From Bacteroidaceae bacterium (lineage in GTDB: Bacteria; Bacteroidota; Bacteroidia; Bacteroidales; Bacteroidaceae), in the NCBI GenBank assembly GCA_024683455.1, contig JAIKYE010000041.1:47605-111604 (forward strand): DNA of 64,000 nt, in the 5' to 3' direction. The notes beneath the pieces are model-generated. The model ran no database searches. It was not told where the DNA came from and saw only the letters and a list, made by a program, of their open reading frames with translations. A program made the position numbers and the translations under genes. Below are positions 32,052-40,372 of this stretch, piece after piece (position 1 is the first letter of the stretch; every line of letters starts with the position of its first letter).

Positions 32052-32708
32052 ATGAAAAAGAATCTTTCTATTTATGTGTTCATTTTATCTGTTGTTTTGC
32101 TTTCTTCATGTCAAGCATTTAACTATCAGAAAGACACCAAAACAGATGCATCTTCGCTTATTGACAACGCACTATCCGGAAACACTTCTCAGACGACTAC
32201 AGACCTTTTGGGACGTGTACTCTCCTACCTTCTTTATGGTAACACAATCAGTCAAGATAACATTATAGGAACGTGGAAATATTCGTCTCCAAAGGTAATC
32301 TTCGAGAGCGAGAATATCTTGGCAAAGTTAGGCTCCGATGTTGCTTCTGACAAAATAGAGAAATCACTTGGTAATCAATTGTCAAAGATTGGTTTTACGC
32401 AAGGTAAAACCTCGTTGACCTTTAATAAGGACAATACATGTAGCTTTACATGTGGCTCACGAACATACCCAGGTACATACAAGTTTGACGCTTCTGCCAA
32501 CAAACTTACCATAACAGATGCATTAGGAGTGGGCAACGTAAAATGCACAGCTTGTAAAAACGGGAACGAACTGTATTTGCTCTTTGATTCCAACAAAGTT
32601 CTTTCTGTAATAACCGCCCTTAGCAATTCTCCCATTGGTAATTCTACGGCATCTTCTGTGCTCGGCAACTATAAGGGTTTAAAGCTGGGTTGGTCAATGA
32701 CAAAGTAA
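32052..32708 (+). CDS. lipocalin-like lipoprotein (DUF4923-like), function unknown
   Basis: 218 aa with lipobox VVLLSSC. It starts 5 nt after the preceding gene. Confidence 0.55.
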   Translation: MKKNLSIYVFILSVVLLSSCQAFNYQKDTKTDASSLIDNALSGNTSQTTTDLLGRVLSYLLYGNTISQDNIIGTWKYSSPKVIFESENILAKLGSDVASDKIEKSLGNQLSKIGFTQGKTSLTFNKDNTCSFTCGSRTYPGTYKFDASANKLTITDALGVGNVKCTACKNGNELYLLFDSNKVLSVITALSNSPIGNSTASSVLGNYKGLKLGWSMTK

Positions 32709-32758
32709 TTTTCTTTCAGAAAATAAAACTATCTCTTGGATGTGTGCCGAATAATTTG

Positions 32759-32766
32759 TAATTTTG
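32759..32766 (+). promoter_or_regulatory. Bacteroidetes -7 box
   Basis: TGTAATTTTGCACC lies upstream of pheT. Confidence 0.6.
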
Positions 32767-32799
32767 CACCTCGAAAAAATTATTTTCTTATTATAAACG

Positions 32800-35307
32800 A
32801 TGAATATATCTTATAAATGGCTTCGTGAATACGTCGAGACAGACCTCACAGCACAGCAAATAGCAGATGCACTTACAAGTGCCGGTTTGGAGGTAGAAGG
32901 CGTTGAGGAAGTTCAGAGTATAAAGGGAGGCTTGGAAGGTCTCTGGATTGGTAAAGTACTTACATGTGAGGCACACCCCAATAGTGACCACATGCACATC
33001 TGCACTGTAGATGTTGCACAGGGTGAGCCCCTTCAGATTGTTTGTGGGGCACCAAACGTGGCAGCTGGTCAGAAAGTTGTAGTTGCCGTTGTTGGCACGA
33101 AGTTGTATGATGGTGATGAGGTCTTTACCATTAAGCGTAGCAAGTTGCGTGGTGTAGAGAGTTTCGGCATGATTTGTGCCGAGGACGAAATTGGCATTGG
33201 AACTGACCATAATGGTATCATAGTCCTTCCTGATGATGCTGTTGTCGGAACTCCTGCAGCAAAATATTACAATATTGAAAGTGACTATGTTATTGAGGTA
33301 GATATCACACCTAACCGTGCAGATGCTTGCAGCCACTATGGCGTAGCTCGCGACCTTTATGCTTGGCTTATCCAAAACGGTTACAAGACCAGCTTGAAGC
33401 GTCCCTCTTGCGATGATTTCAAGGTTGACGACGAGGCGCTGCCCATCAGTATTGATGTACAAAACACTGAGGCATGTCCCCGTTATTGTGCCGTTTCACT
33501 CACAGGTTGTCAGGTTAAGGAGAGCCCAGAATGGTTACAGAACAAATTACGTGTAATAGGTCTACGCCCCATTAACAACATCGTTGATATCACCAACTAC
33601 ATCATGATGGCATACGGCCAGCCTCTTCACTGCTTTGATGCAGATATGATTCTTGGCAAGAATGTGGTTGTCAAGACGATGCCCGAGGGAACACCTTTCG
33701 TTACCCTTGATGGCGAAGAACATAAACTATCAAATCGCGATTTGGCAATTTGCAATGCAGAGGAACCCATGTGTATTGCTGGAGTTTTCGGTGGTAAGGG
33801 AAGTGGAACTTATGACAGCACAGTTAATGTCTTATTGGAAAGTGCTTACTTCAATCCCACATGGATTCGTAAGAGTGCTCGCCGCCATGGTCTTAGCACA
33901 GATGCTAGCTTCCGTTTTGAGCGTGGAATCGACCCCAATGGACAGATTTATGCCTTAAAGCAAGCGGCAATTCTTGCAAAAGAACTGGCTGGTGCTAAGG
34001 TAAGCATGCAGATTGTAGACATATACCCCAATCCCCTACCCGACTTCAACGTTTCTCTCAAATACAATTATGTAGATACCTTGATTGGTAAGCATATTCC
34101 TACAGAGACCATCAAGAGCATTGTTACAAGTTTGGAGATGAAAATCCAGAATGAGACAGCAGAAGGTCTTGAGCTTGTTGTTCCTGCTTATCGTGTAGAT
34201 GTTCAGCGTCCCTGCGATGTTGTCGAGGATATTCTGCGAATCTACGGCTATAACAATATTGAGATTCCCACGACCCTCAAGAGTAGCCTTTCCGTTAAAG
34301 GTGATCCTGATAAGAGCCACAAACTTCAAAACCTTGTCAGCGAGCAGTTGGTAGGTGCAGGTTTCCGCGAAATTCTGAATAACAGTTTACAGCGCGGTGC
34401 ATACTACGAGGGATTGGAAAACTACAAGAGCGAGAATCTTGTTAAATTGCTGAATCCCCTCAGCCAAGACCTGAACTCACTTCGTCAGACACTTCTCTTT
34501 GGTGGATTAGAGAGCATTGCACGTAATACGAACTATAGAAACGCAGATCTTAAGTTCTTTGAGTACGGTAACTGCTATAAGTTCCAAGCCGAGAAACGTT
34601 GTGCGGATATCATTCCAGGTGTCAGCAGTAGTCGCGACCCAGAGGTTATCAAACATGTTCTTGATGCATACTCAGAGGATTACCATCTTGGACTCTGGGT
34701 TACTGGCAAGCGCGTAAGTGGCAGCTGGGCTCATGCTGATGAAGACAGTTCGTTCTATGAACTGAAGGCATATGTAATGAATATCATCAGTCGTTTGGGT
34801 GTTCCATTTGGTTTACTCGTCTTTGCTCAGGGCACATCAGACATCTACGATAAGAGTATTCAGATTCAGAACCGTGGCGGAAAGGTACTCGTAGAAATGG
34901 GTATTGTGAGTCACAAGATACTCAAGGGCTTCGGCATCTCCGCTCCTGTATACTTTGCCGATTTGCGATGGAAACAACTTATGAAGACCATCAAGAACTT
35001 GGCAGTAACATACACAGAAATAAGCAAGTTCCCTGCAGTGAGTCGTGACTTAGCCTTGCTGCTTGATGAGAGTGTAGAATTTGAACAGGTTGAGAAGATT
35101 GCATACCAGACAGAGAAGAAACTCCTTAAGGGCGTTAAACTATTTGATGTTTACGAGGGAGACAAACTGCCAGAGGGCAAGAAGTCGTACGCGGTTAACT
35201 TTATCCTTCAGGATAACGAGAAGACGCTGAACGACAAACAGATAGATGCTATCATGCAGAAACTCATCAATAATCTCTCCTCTCAGTTGAAAGCAGAGTT
35301 AAGATAA
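32800..35307 (+). CDS. pheT: phenylalanine--tRNA ligase beta subunit
   Basis: 835 aa. The N-terminal MNISYKWLREYV and the tRNA-binding, B3/4, B5 and FDX-ACB layout are typical of PheT. Confidence 0.95.
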   Translation: MNISYKWLREYVETDLTAQQIADALTSAGLEVEGVEEVQSIKGGLEGLWIGKVLTCEAHPNSDHMHICTVDVAQGEPLQIVCGAPNVAAGQKVVVAVVGTKLYDGDEVFTIKRSKLRGVESFGMICAEDEIGIGTDHNGIIVLPDDAVVGTPAAKYYNIESDYVIEVDITPNRADACSHYGVARDLYAWLIQNGYKTSLKRPSCDDFKVDDEALPISIDVQNTEACPRYCAVSLTGCQVKESPEWLQNKLRVIGLRPINNIVDITNYIMMAYGQPLHCFDADMILGKNVVVKTMPEGTPFVTLDGEEHKLSNRDLAICNAEEPMCIAGVFGGKGSGTYDSTVNVLLESAYFNPTWIRKSARRHGLSTDASFRFERGIDPNGQIYALKQAAILAKELAGAKVSMQIVDIYPNPLPDFNVSLKYNYVDTLIGKHIPTETIKSIVTSLEMKIQNETAEGLELVVPAYRVDVQRPCDVVEDILRIYGYNNIEIPTTLKSSLSVKGDPDKSHKLQNLVSEQLVGAGFREILNNSLQRGAYYEGLENYKSENLVKLLNPLSQDLNSLRQTLLFGGLESIARNTNYRNADLKFFEYGNCYKFQAEKRCADIIPGVSSSRDPEVIKHVLDAYSEDYHLGLWVTGKRVSGSWAHADEDSSFYELKAYVMNIISRLGVPFGLLVFAQGTSDIYDKSIQIQNRGGKVLVEMGIVSHKILKGFGISAPVYFADLRWKQLMKTIKNLAVTYTEISKFPAVSRDLALLLDESVEFEQVEKIAYQTEKKLLKGVKLFDVYEGDKLPEGKKSYAVNFILQDNEKTLNDKQIDAIMQKLINNLSSQLKAELR

Positions 35308-35340
35308 TCTTGAATTTATAATATTTGAATTTTATATAAA

Positions 35341-36084
35341 ATGGGAAGAGCATTTGAATACCGTAAAGCTACAAAGCTTAAGAGATGGGGCCACATGGCC
35401 AAGACCTTTACACGTCTGGGTAAGCAGATTGCAATTGCTGTTAAGGCTGCCGGACCAGAACCAGAAAATAACCCTGCATTACGTTCTATTATCGCTGTTT
35501 GCAAACGTGAGAATATGCCGAAGGATAATATTGAGCGTGCTATCAAAAATGCTATGGGTAAGGATCAGAGCGACTACAAGTCTGTTACTTACGAAGGATA
35601 CGGCCCTCATGGTGTAGCCGTTTTCGTTGATACCCTTACAGACAACACTACACGTACGGTTGCAGATGTCCGTAGCGTCTTCAATAAGTTCAGCGGAAAC
35701 ATGGGTACAACAGGTTCTCTGGCATTCCTTTTCGACCACAAGTGTGTATTCACCTTTAAGAAGAAGGCTGATATGGATATGGATGACTTCATCCTTGAGA
35801 TGATTGATTGTGGTGTTGAAGAAGAATACGATGAAGAGTATGACGAGGATAAGGATGTAACAACAATCACCATTTATGGCGAACCCACCAGCTACAATGA
35901 AATTCAGAAGAAGTTGGAGGCTGACGGTTATGAGGATGTCGGTGGTGAGTTTACTTATATCCCCAATGACCTGAAGGATGTTACTCCTGAGCAGCGTGAG
36001 ACTATCAACAAGATGGTTGAGAAGTTAGAGGAGTTTGATGACGTTCAAACAGTTTATACAAATATGAAGCCCGAAGAAGAATAA
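35341..36084 (+). CDS. yebC: YebC/PmpR-family DNA-binding regulator
   Basis: 247 aa. The N-terminal MGRAFEYRKATKLKRWGHMAKTFTRLGK is the family hallmark. Confidence 0.9.
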   Translation: MGRAFEYRKATKLKRWGHMAKTFTRLGKQIAIAVKAAGPEPENNPALRSIIAVCKRENMPKDNIERAIKNAMGKDQSDYKSVTYEGYGPHGVAVFVDTLTDNTTRTVADVRSVFNKFSGNMGTTGSLAFLFDHKCVFTFKKKADMDMDDFILEMIDCGVEEEYDEEYDEDKDVTTITIYGEPTSYNEIQKKLEADGYEDVGGEFTYIPNDLKDVTPEQRETINKMVEKLEEFDDVQTVYTNMKPEEE

Positions 36085-36119
36085 TTCACGGAATTACAAT
36101 TCTACGGATTCATAACAAA

Positions 36120-36147
36120 AAGCCCTTCTGGAATACCAGAGGGGCTT
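36120..36147. terminator. bidirectional terminator between the convergent yebC and dnaB genes
   Basis: A 12-bp stem AAGCCCTTCTGG/CCAGAGGGGCTT has A/T runs on both sides. Confidence 0.7.
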
Positions 36148-36196
36148 ATTATTTTAACCTGTTATCTTTGAAGTTATAAAGTCTAAGGCTTGTCGA

Positions 36197-37744
36197 TTAG
36201 AACGGAACATTCTCTGCCGAAAGTCCTGCAAAAGGCTCCTCTTCTGGTGGAAGTTGACTTTGTGCATTAGCCATTTCCTCGGGGCTAAGTTTGTCTGAGA
36301 CAAACCGTCCTCCCATATCGCTCGATTTCTCTCCTGGCAATGGAACATGTGTCTCCAAATCCTCAAAGCGAGCGAACTCGCTCTTGAACTGCAACTTAAT
36401 ATCCCCTACCTGACCGTTACGATGCTTGGCAATAATAAACTGGGCAAGCCCCTTCCAACTCTGTCCAGACTGGTCTGTATAAATATGGTAATATTCTGGA
36501 CGATGGATAAAGCATACAATATCTGCATCCTGCTCAATGGCACCAGACTCACGCAAGTCACTCAGCTGGGGTCGCTTACCTTCTTCACCCTCGCGATTCT
36601 CAACACCACGGTTCAACTGACTCAATGCAATAATGGGGATATTCAACTCCTTTGCCAATCCTTTCAGCGAACGGCTAATAGTAGAAACCTCTTCCTGACG
36701 ACTATTGATATTCAAACCGCTGGCATGCATCAGCTGTAGGTAGTCAATCATTATTATCTTTACACCATGCTCACGAACCAATCGTCTGGCTTTTGTCTGT
36801 AACTCGAATACGGTAAGCTGAGGTGTATCATCCACATAGATAGGAGCATCCCAAAGCTGACGTACACGGGCATCCAACTGCCCCCACTCGTATGGCTGTA
36901 ACTGAGCGCTACGCAATTTCTCACCGCTAATCTCACTTACGTTTACCATTAAGCGTTGTACAAGCTGCTCATTACTCATCTCCAGAGAGAACATGGCTAC
37001 AGGAACCCCATTGTTAACTGCCATCTTCTTGAGCATGCTCAGCACAAAGGCTGTTTTACCCATTGCCGGACGTGCAGCAATAATAATAAGGTCGCTGTTC
37101 TGCCATCCACTGGTCATCTTATCCAGCTCCTCAAAACCTGTGCTCAGTCCACTCAGACCACCCTCACGAGCTGCTGCCTGCTTCAGTAATTTATATACGT
37201 TGTCAATGACAGGGTTAATCTGGGTGTAGTCTTTTTTTAGATTTTTCTGCGAGATGGAAAATAACTGACTTTCAGCTGTTTGCATAAGGTCAGCTACATC
37301 TATTGTAGAATCAAATGCCTGTGTCTGAATATAGCTTGCAAATGTGATAAGCTGGCGTGCCAAAGACTTCTGGGCAATGACCTTTGCATGATACAGAATG
37401 TGGGCGCTGCTGGCAACCTCTGCGTTGATCTGCATCAGATAAGTATTGCCGCCGGCATCCTCTAACAGACCCGTTCGCTCCAACTGGTCGCAAACCGTCA
37501 TGATATCCACAGGCTTCTGTTCTACGTTCAGTGTCTGAATAGCCTGGAAGATAATCTGATGGCGTTTATCGTAGAAACTCTCGGGTTTCAGTATCTCTGC
37601 GACCAAGCCCCATGCTTCCTGTTCCACCATCAGGGCACCTATCACAGCCACTTCCATATCCAGGCTTTGTGGCTGTTTGTGTCCGTATTGGTCAACGCTG
37701 GGCACCTCGACAATCTTGGTTGTCTGCTTTCTTCTCTCTGCCAT
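36197..37744 (-). CDS. dnaB: replicative DNA helicase
   Basis: 515 aa. Walker A ARPAMGKTAF and DnaB motifs DYLQLM and SQLNR are present. Confidence 0.95.
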   Translation of the reverse strand: MAERRKQTTKIVEVPSVDQYGHKQPQSLDMEVAVIGALMVEQEAWGLVAEILKPESFYDKRHQIIFQAIQTLNVEQKPVDIMTVCDQLERTGLLEDAGGNTYLMQINAEVASSAHILYHAKVIAQKSLARQLITFASYIQTQAFDSTIDVADLMQTAESQLFSISQKNLKKDYTQINPVIDNVYKLLKQAAAREGGLSGLSTGFEELDKMTSGWQNSDLIIIAARPAMGKTAFVLSMLKKMAVNNGVPVAMFSLEMSNEQLVQRLMVNVSEISGEKLRSAQLQPYEWGQLDARVRQLWDAPIYVDDTPQLTVFELQTKARRLVREHGVKIIMIDYLQLMHASGLNINSRQEEVSTISRSLKGLAKELNIPIIALSQLNRGVENREGEEGKRPQLSDLRESGAIEQDADIVCFIHRPEYYHIYTDQSGQSWKGLAQFIIAKHRNGQVGDIKLQFKSEFARFEDLETHVPLPGEKSSDMGGRFVSDKLSPEEMANAQSQLPPEEEPFAGLSAENVPF

Positions 37745-37774
37745 TTGCTATAGTCTATTATTCAAAATGCCTTG

Positions 37775-37782
37775 CAAATTTA
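37775..37782 (-). promoter_or_regulatory. Bacteroidetes -7 box
   Basis: TAAATTTG on the minus strand lies upstream of dnaB. Confidence 0.5.
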
Positions 37783-37824
37783 CACATTCATAGGAACAAT
37801 ACAAAATAAATCAGAATTAATTTG

Positions 37825-37832
37825 TACCTTTG
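37825..37832 (+). promoter_or_regulatory. Bacteroidetes -7 box
   Basis: TACCTTTG lies upstream of the DUF3667-like gene. Confidence 0.45.
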
Positions 37833-37894
37833 ACACAGAATTATTGTACGTAACAACATCCCATGTGTTACATTCATCTAATAGAATTATATAA

Positions 37895-38692
37895 ATGAAA
37901 GCTAAATGTCTAAATTGCGGAACGTCATTTGACAGTAAGTATTGTCCTAATTGTGGACAGAAAGCTGAATCCAAACGACTTAAAATAGTTGAGATTATTT
38001 CATATTCTATTTCCTCCATCTCAGGTTACAACAATAAACTTCGTAACACGTTGACAAGCCTATGCATACGACCTGGGCATATGGCGCGCGAGTACCTTCT
38101 GGGACAACGTACGAAATATTATAACCCTATCCAGTTGTTGGTGTGGATTGTTGCCATATATGCACTTGTACTCTATGGTTTGGGTGATGATGCTTTGGCG
38201 TTTGACAATATAAAAGATCTTAACAATGATGATGAGAATGACACCATTTCCGAGATGGCAGCATACTTTGTCAGTTGGTTAAAGGTTTTGTATGACAAGA
38301 AGGTATATTTCGCGCTCTTCCAGTCGCTTCTTGCTGTATTCCCTTTCTGGCTTGTATTTTACAAAACCAAGATTCAGCGTCCAGATGGTGAACTAATCCC
38401 CCTTAACCCCACAGAACATTTCTATGTACTGATATATTATGCGTGCATCAAGATGCTGTTTGTCATCTGTCTGCTCCCTTTCAGTCTTATTCCTGATTCA
38501 GAGGACATCCTGAATAATATACGTGTTTTTGTGGGAATAATCTTTTATATTATCATGTACAAGCAGCTTATGAAATTAAGCTGGCGTAAGGGCGTCTGGA
38601 TGTCACTTCTCGCATATGCCCTCATGTCCATCTTGATAATTGTCCTTTTTGTAATTATAATCGCTATTTTAGTTCAAACCCATAGAGGATAA
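37895..38692 (+). CDS. DUF3667-like membrane protein with an N-terminal zinc ribbon
   Basis: It has CLNCG...CPNCG followed by several TM segments. Confidence 0.6.
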   Translation: MKAKCLNCGTSFDSKYCPNCGQKAESKRLKIVEIISYSISSISGYNNKLRNTLTSLCIRPGHMAREYLLGQRTKYYNPIQLLVWIVAIYALVLYGLGDDALAFDNIKDLNNDDENDTISEMAAYFVSWLKVLYDKKVYFALFQSLLAVFPFWLVFYKTKIQRPDGELIPLNPTEHFYVLIYYACIKMLFVICLLPFSLIPDSEDILNNIRVFVGIIFYIIMYKQLMKLSWRKGVWMSLLAYALMSILIIVLFVIIIAILVQTHRG

Positions 38693-38702
38693 ACTTAACG
38701 CT

Positions 38703-39971
38703 TCATTCGATATTAAGTGCTTTCTTGATGAGTGGCTCCAACTCCTGTGCATCGTTAGAGGTAGAGAGGATAGTGCCATCTCGGTCAATGAGCATGATCT
38801 TACCAGAGCCGCCATTTTTGCCATGTTTCTCCCATACGCCGTATTGGTCTTTATAATCCACGAGGCTTGACCACGGGTACTTGTCGCGCTCCATTGCGCG
38901 ACGGAAGGCGTTCATGTCCCACTCGCGGGCAATTGATACGACGTTCAGCCCTGCATCGCGATATTTCTTATAGACGGGAATGAGAGCCATGGCATGAGCG
39001 CGACAAGGGCCACACCAAGACCCCCATAGGTTGATGATGGTCACCCGTCCACGATAGAGTGAGCCTACGCTTACGCTCTCTCCGTCGGCAGTTGCAGCTT
39101 TGTAATCGTCAAAGTATGGCTGCCCAGGTTGTAGGCGAAGACCACGTTCTTTTGTGGCAATGCGACGGTGAACGGGATGATTTGGGAAGAGGTGTTCATA
39201 TAACTGGTGGTATTCATCAAGATAAGGTTTTGCCTTGTTTATATCATCGTATGCATAGTGCAGCCACCTCTCTAAGTAGAGCAACCCATAGAGCATAGGA
39301 TGGTCGGCTTTATATGCTTTTTCCCAAGCATCAACTTGTGCGTAAAGTGAGTCTTCCGCTATCTTTAATGTGCGAGCCTCTGGCGAATAGGCACTCTTGT
39401 CGTGCTGCATTGAGTCTATTCGAGCGTAGAGGAGATCAAGGGCATGGGCATGATCGGGGTTGAAACGGTCATATTTATCAAACTCTTTATCCAAGTTTCT
39501 GAATTCTTCAGAATAGTAGAGGTTATTTTCACCCAAGGAGTCTAGTTTGCGTTCTATCATCTCTTCTTCTTGCCCGAAAAGGGCTTTTGACTGACGTTCC
39601 ATTTTCAGCCATTTCTCTTGCTCGGGTCCTCCTGCCACAACTTCCAGACGTAAATGTTCACCATCAGGTGTAACAGTGATGCGCACAGTGTCATTCTCCA
39701 CAAGAAAGATAGCGTAACGTCCATTCCATCGATCTTCTCTTATTTCGTACATCTCCGTCGTATCGGCTACGATGTCAAGGGCGAAACGTCCGTCCTTGAC
39801 GTTTACTTCTGTCCATTTCGCATCATCGTCTCTAGATGTACCTTGTTGTGAGATGTAGAAAGTCTGGCGCTTCACGCCGTCGGCAACAGTCCCTTCGATG
39901 TGGCATTTAATCTGTGCATGGCTTGCCAGAGTGCAGAGCGCAAGTAATGCAAAAAATAATGTTTTCTTCAT
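38703..39971 (-). CDS. TlpA/AhpC-TSA-like thiol:disulfide oxidoreductase with a long N-terminal domain
   Basis: 422 aa with a signal peptide. A C-terminal thioredoxin fold carries WGSWCGPC. Confidence 0.75.
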   Translation of the reverse strand: MKKTLFFALLALCTLASHAQIKCHIEGTVADGVKRQTFYISQQGTSRDDDAKWTEVNVKDGRFALDIVADTTEMYEIREDRWNGRYAIFLVENDTVRITVTPDGEHLRLEVVAGGPEQEKWLKMERQSKALFGQEEEMIERKLDSLGENNLYYSEEFRNLDKEFDKYDRFNPDHAHALDLLYARIDSMQHDKSAYSPEARTLKIAEDSLYAQVDAWEKAYKADHPMLYGLLYLERWLHYAYDDINKAKPYLDEYHQLYEHLFPNHPVHRRIATKERGLRLQPGQPYFDDYKAATADGESVSVGSLYRGRVTIINLWGSWCGPCRAHAMALIPVYKKYRDAGLNVVSIAREWDMNAFRRAMERDKYPWSSLVDYKDQYGVWEKHGKNGGSGKIMLIDRDGTILSTSNDAQELEPLIKKALNIE

Positions 39972-40003
39972 ATTATTGTTAGTGTGTTTTGTTTTTAGTT
40001 TGC

Positions 40004-40011
40004 CAAAGATA
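40004..40011 (-). promoter_or_regulatory. Bacteroidetes -7 box
   Basis: TATCTTTG on the minus strand lies upstream of the TlpA-like gene. Confidence 0.45.
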
Positions 40012-40130
40012 GTAAGTCTATAGTTCAGTCCGAAAGGATTTCTTAGATTCTTTCATTCTTTTTTATTTTTTTAACTTATGAATCACATTCTTTAGAAGCA
40101 AGTGTCCATTTTCGGACACTATAAACATTT

Positions 40131-40196
40131 TACTGCCACGTGTAGCAGTATTTTTTTCTACGTGTACCAGTAAATTTTTCTACGTGTACCAGTAAA
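40131..40196. repeat. three tandem 22-bp units: two perfect copies and one degenerate copy
   Basis: TTTTTCTACGTGTACCAGTAAA occurs at 40153..40174 and again, identically, at 40175..40196. It is preceded by TACTGCCACGTGTAGCAGTATT at 40131..40152, which matches at 15 of 22 positions. Confidence 0.9.
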
Positions 40197-40343
40197 AAAA
40201 GCACAAAATAACTTTATCGGCCGAGAAACCCCTTTTTTCCCCTTAGTAAAAAGAACTTTTGTCATTAGGGATGAAATCTTTGACATCCATTCGGAAAAGG
40301 AAAGAAAAACAGTCTTTTCTTTTGTATTTCCCTCACTTAATCG

Positions 40344-40351
40344 TAATTTTG
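40344..40351 (+). promoter_or_regulatory. Bacteroidetes -7 box
   Basis: GTAATTTTGCAC lies 22 nt upstream of the S9 peptidase ATG. Confidence 0.55.
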
Positions 40352-40372
40352 CACTCAAAAATAAAATCGATT

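Noticed and set aside
32791-33462. 223-aa ORF antisense to the 5' part of pheT
   Set aside because: It is a shadow ORF. It would start inside pheT and run out across the pheT start codon toward the promoter region, and no motif is recognisable.
40131-40196. Possibility that the 22-bp repeats are a small CRISPR array
   Set aside because: The units are directly adjacent with no spacers. There are only three copies, and no cas genes are present.
40259-40372. N-terminal extension of the S9 peptidase ORF (track start at 40259) and the antisense ORF 40158..40358
   Set aside because: The extension begins at a non-ATG codon and spans the promoter box at 40344. The ATG at 40373 is followed directly by a signal peptide. 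The antisense ORF lies in AT-rich intergenic DNA that contains the tandem repeats.
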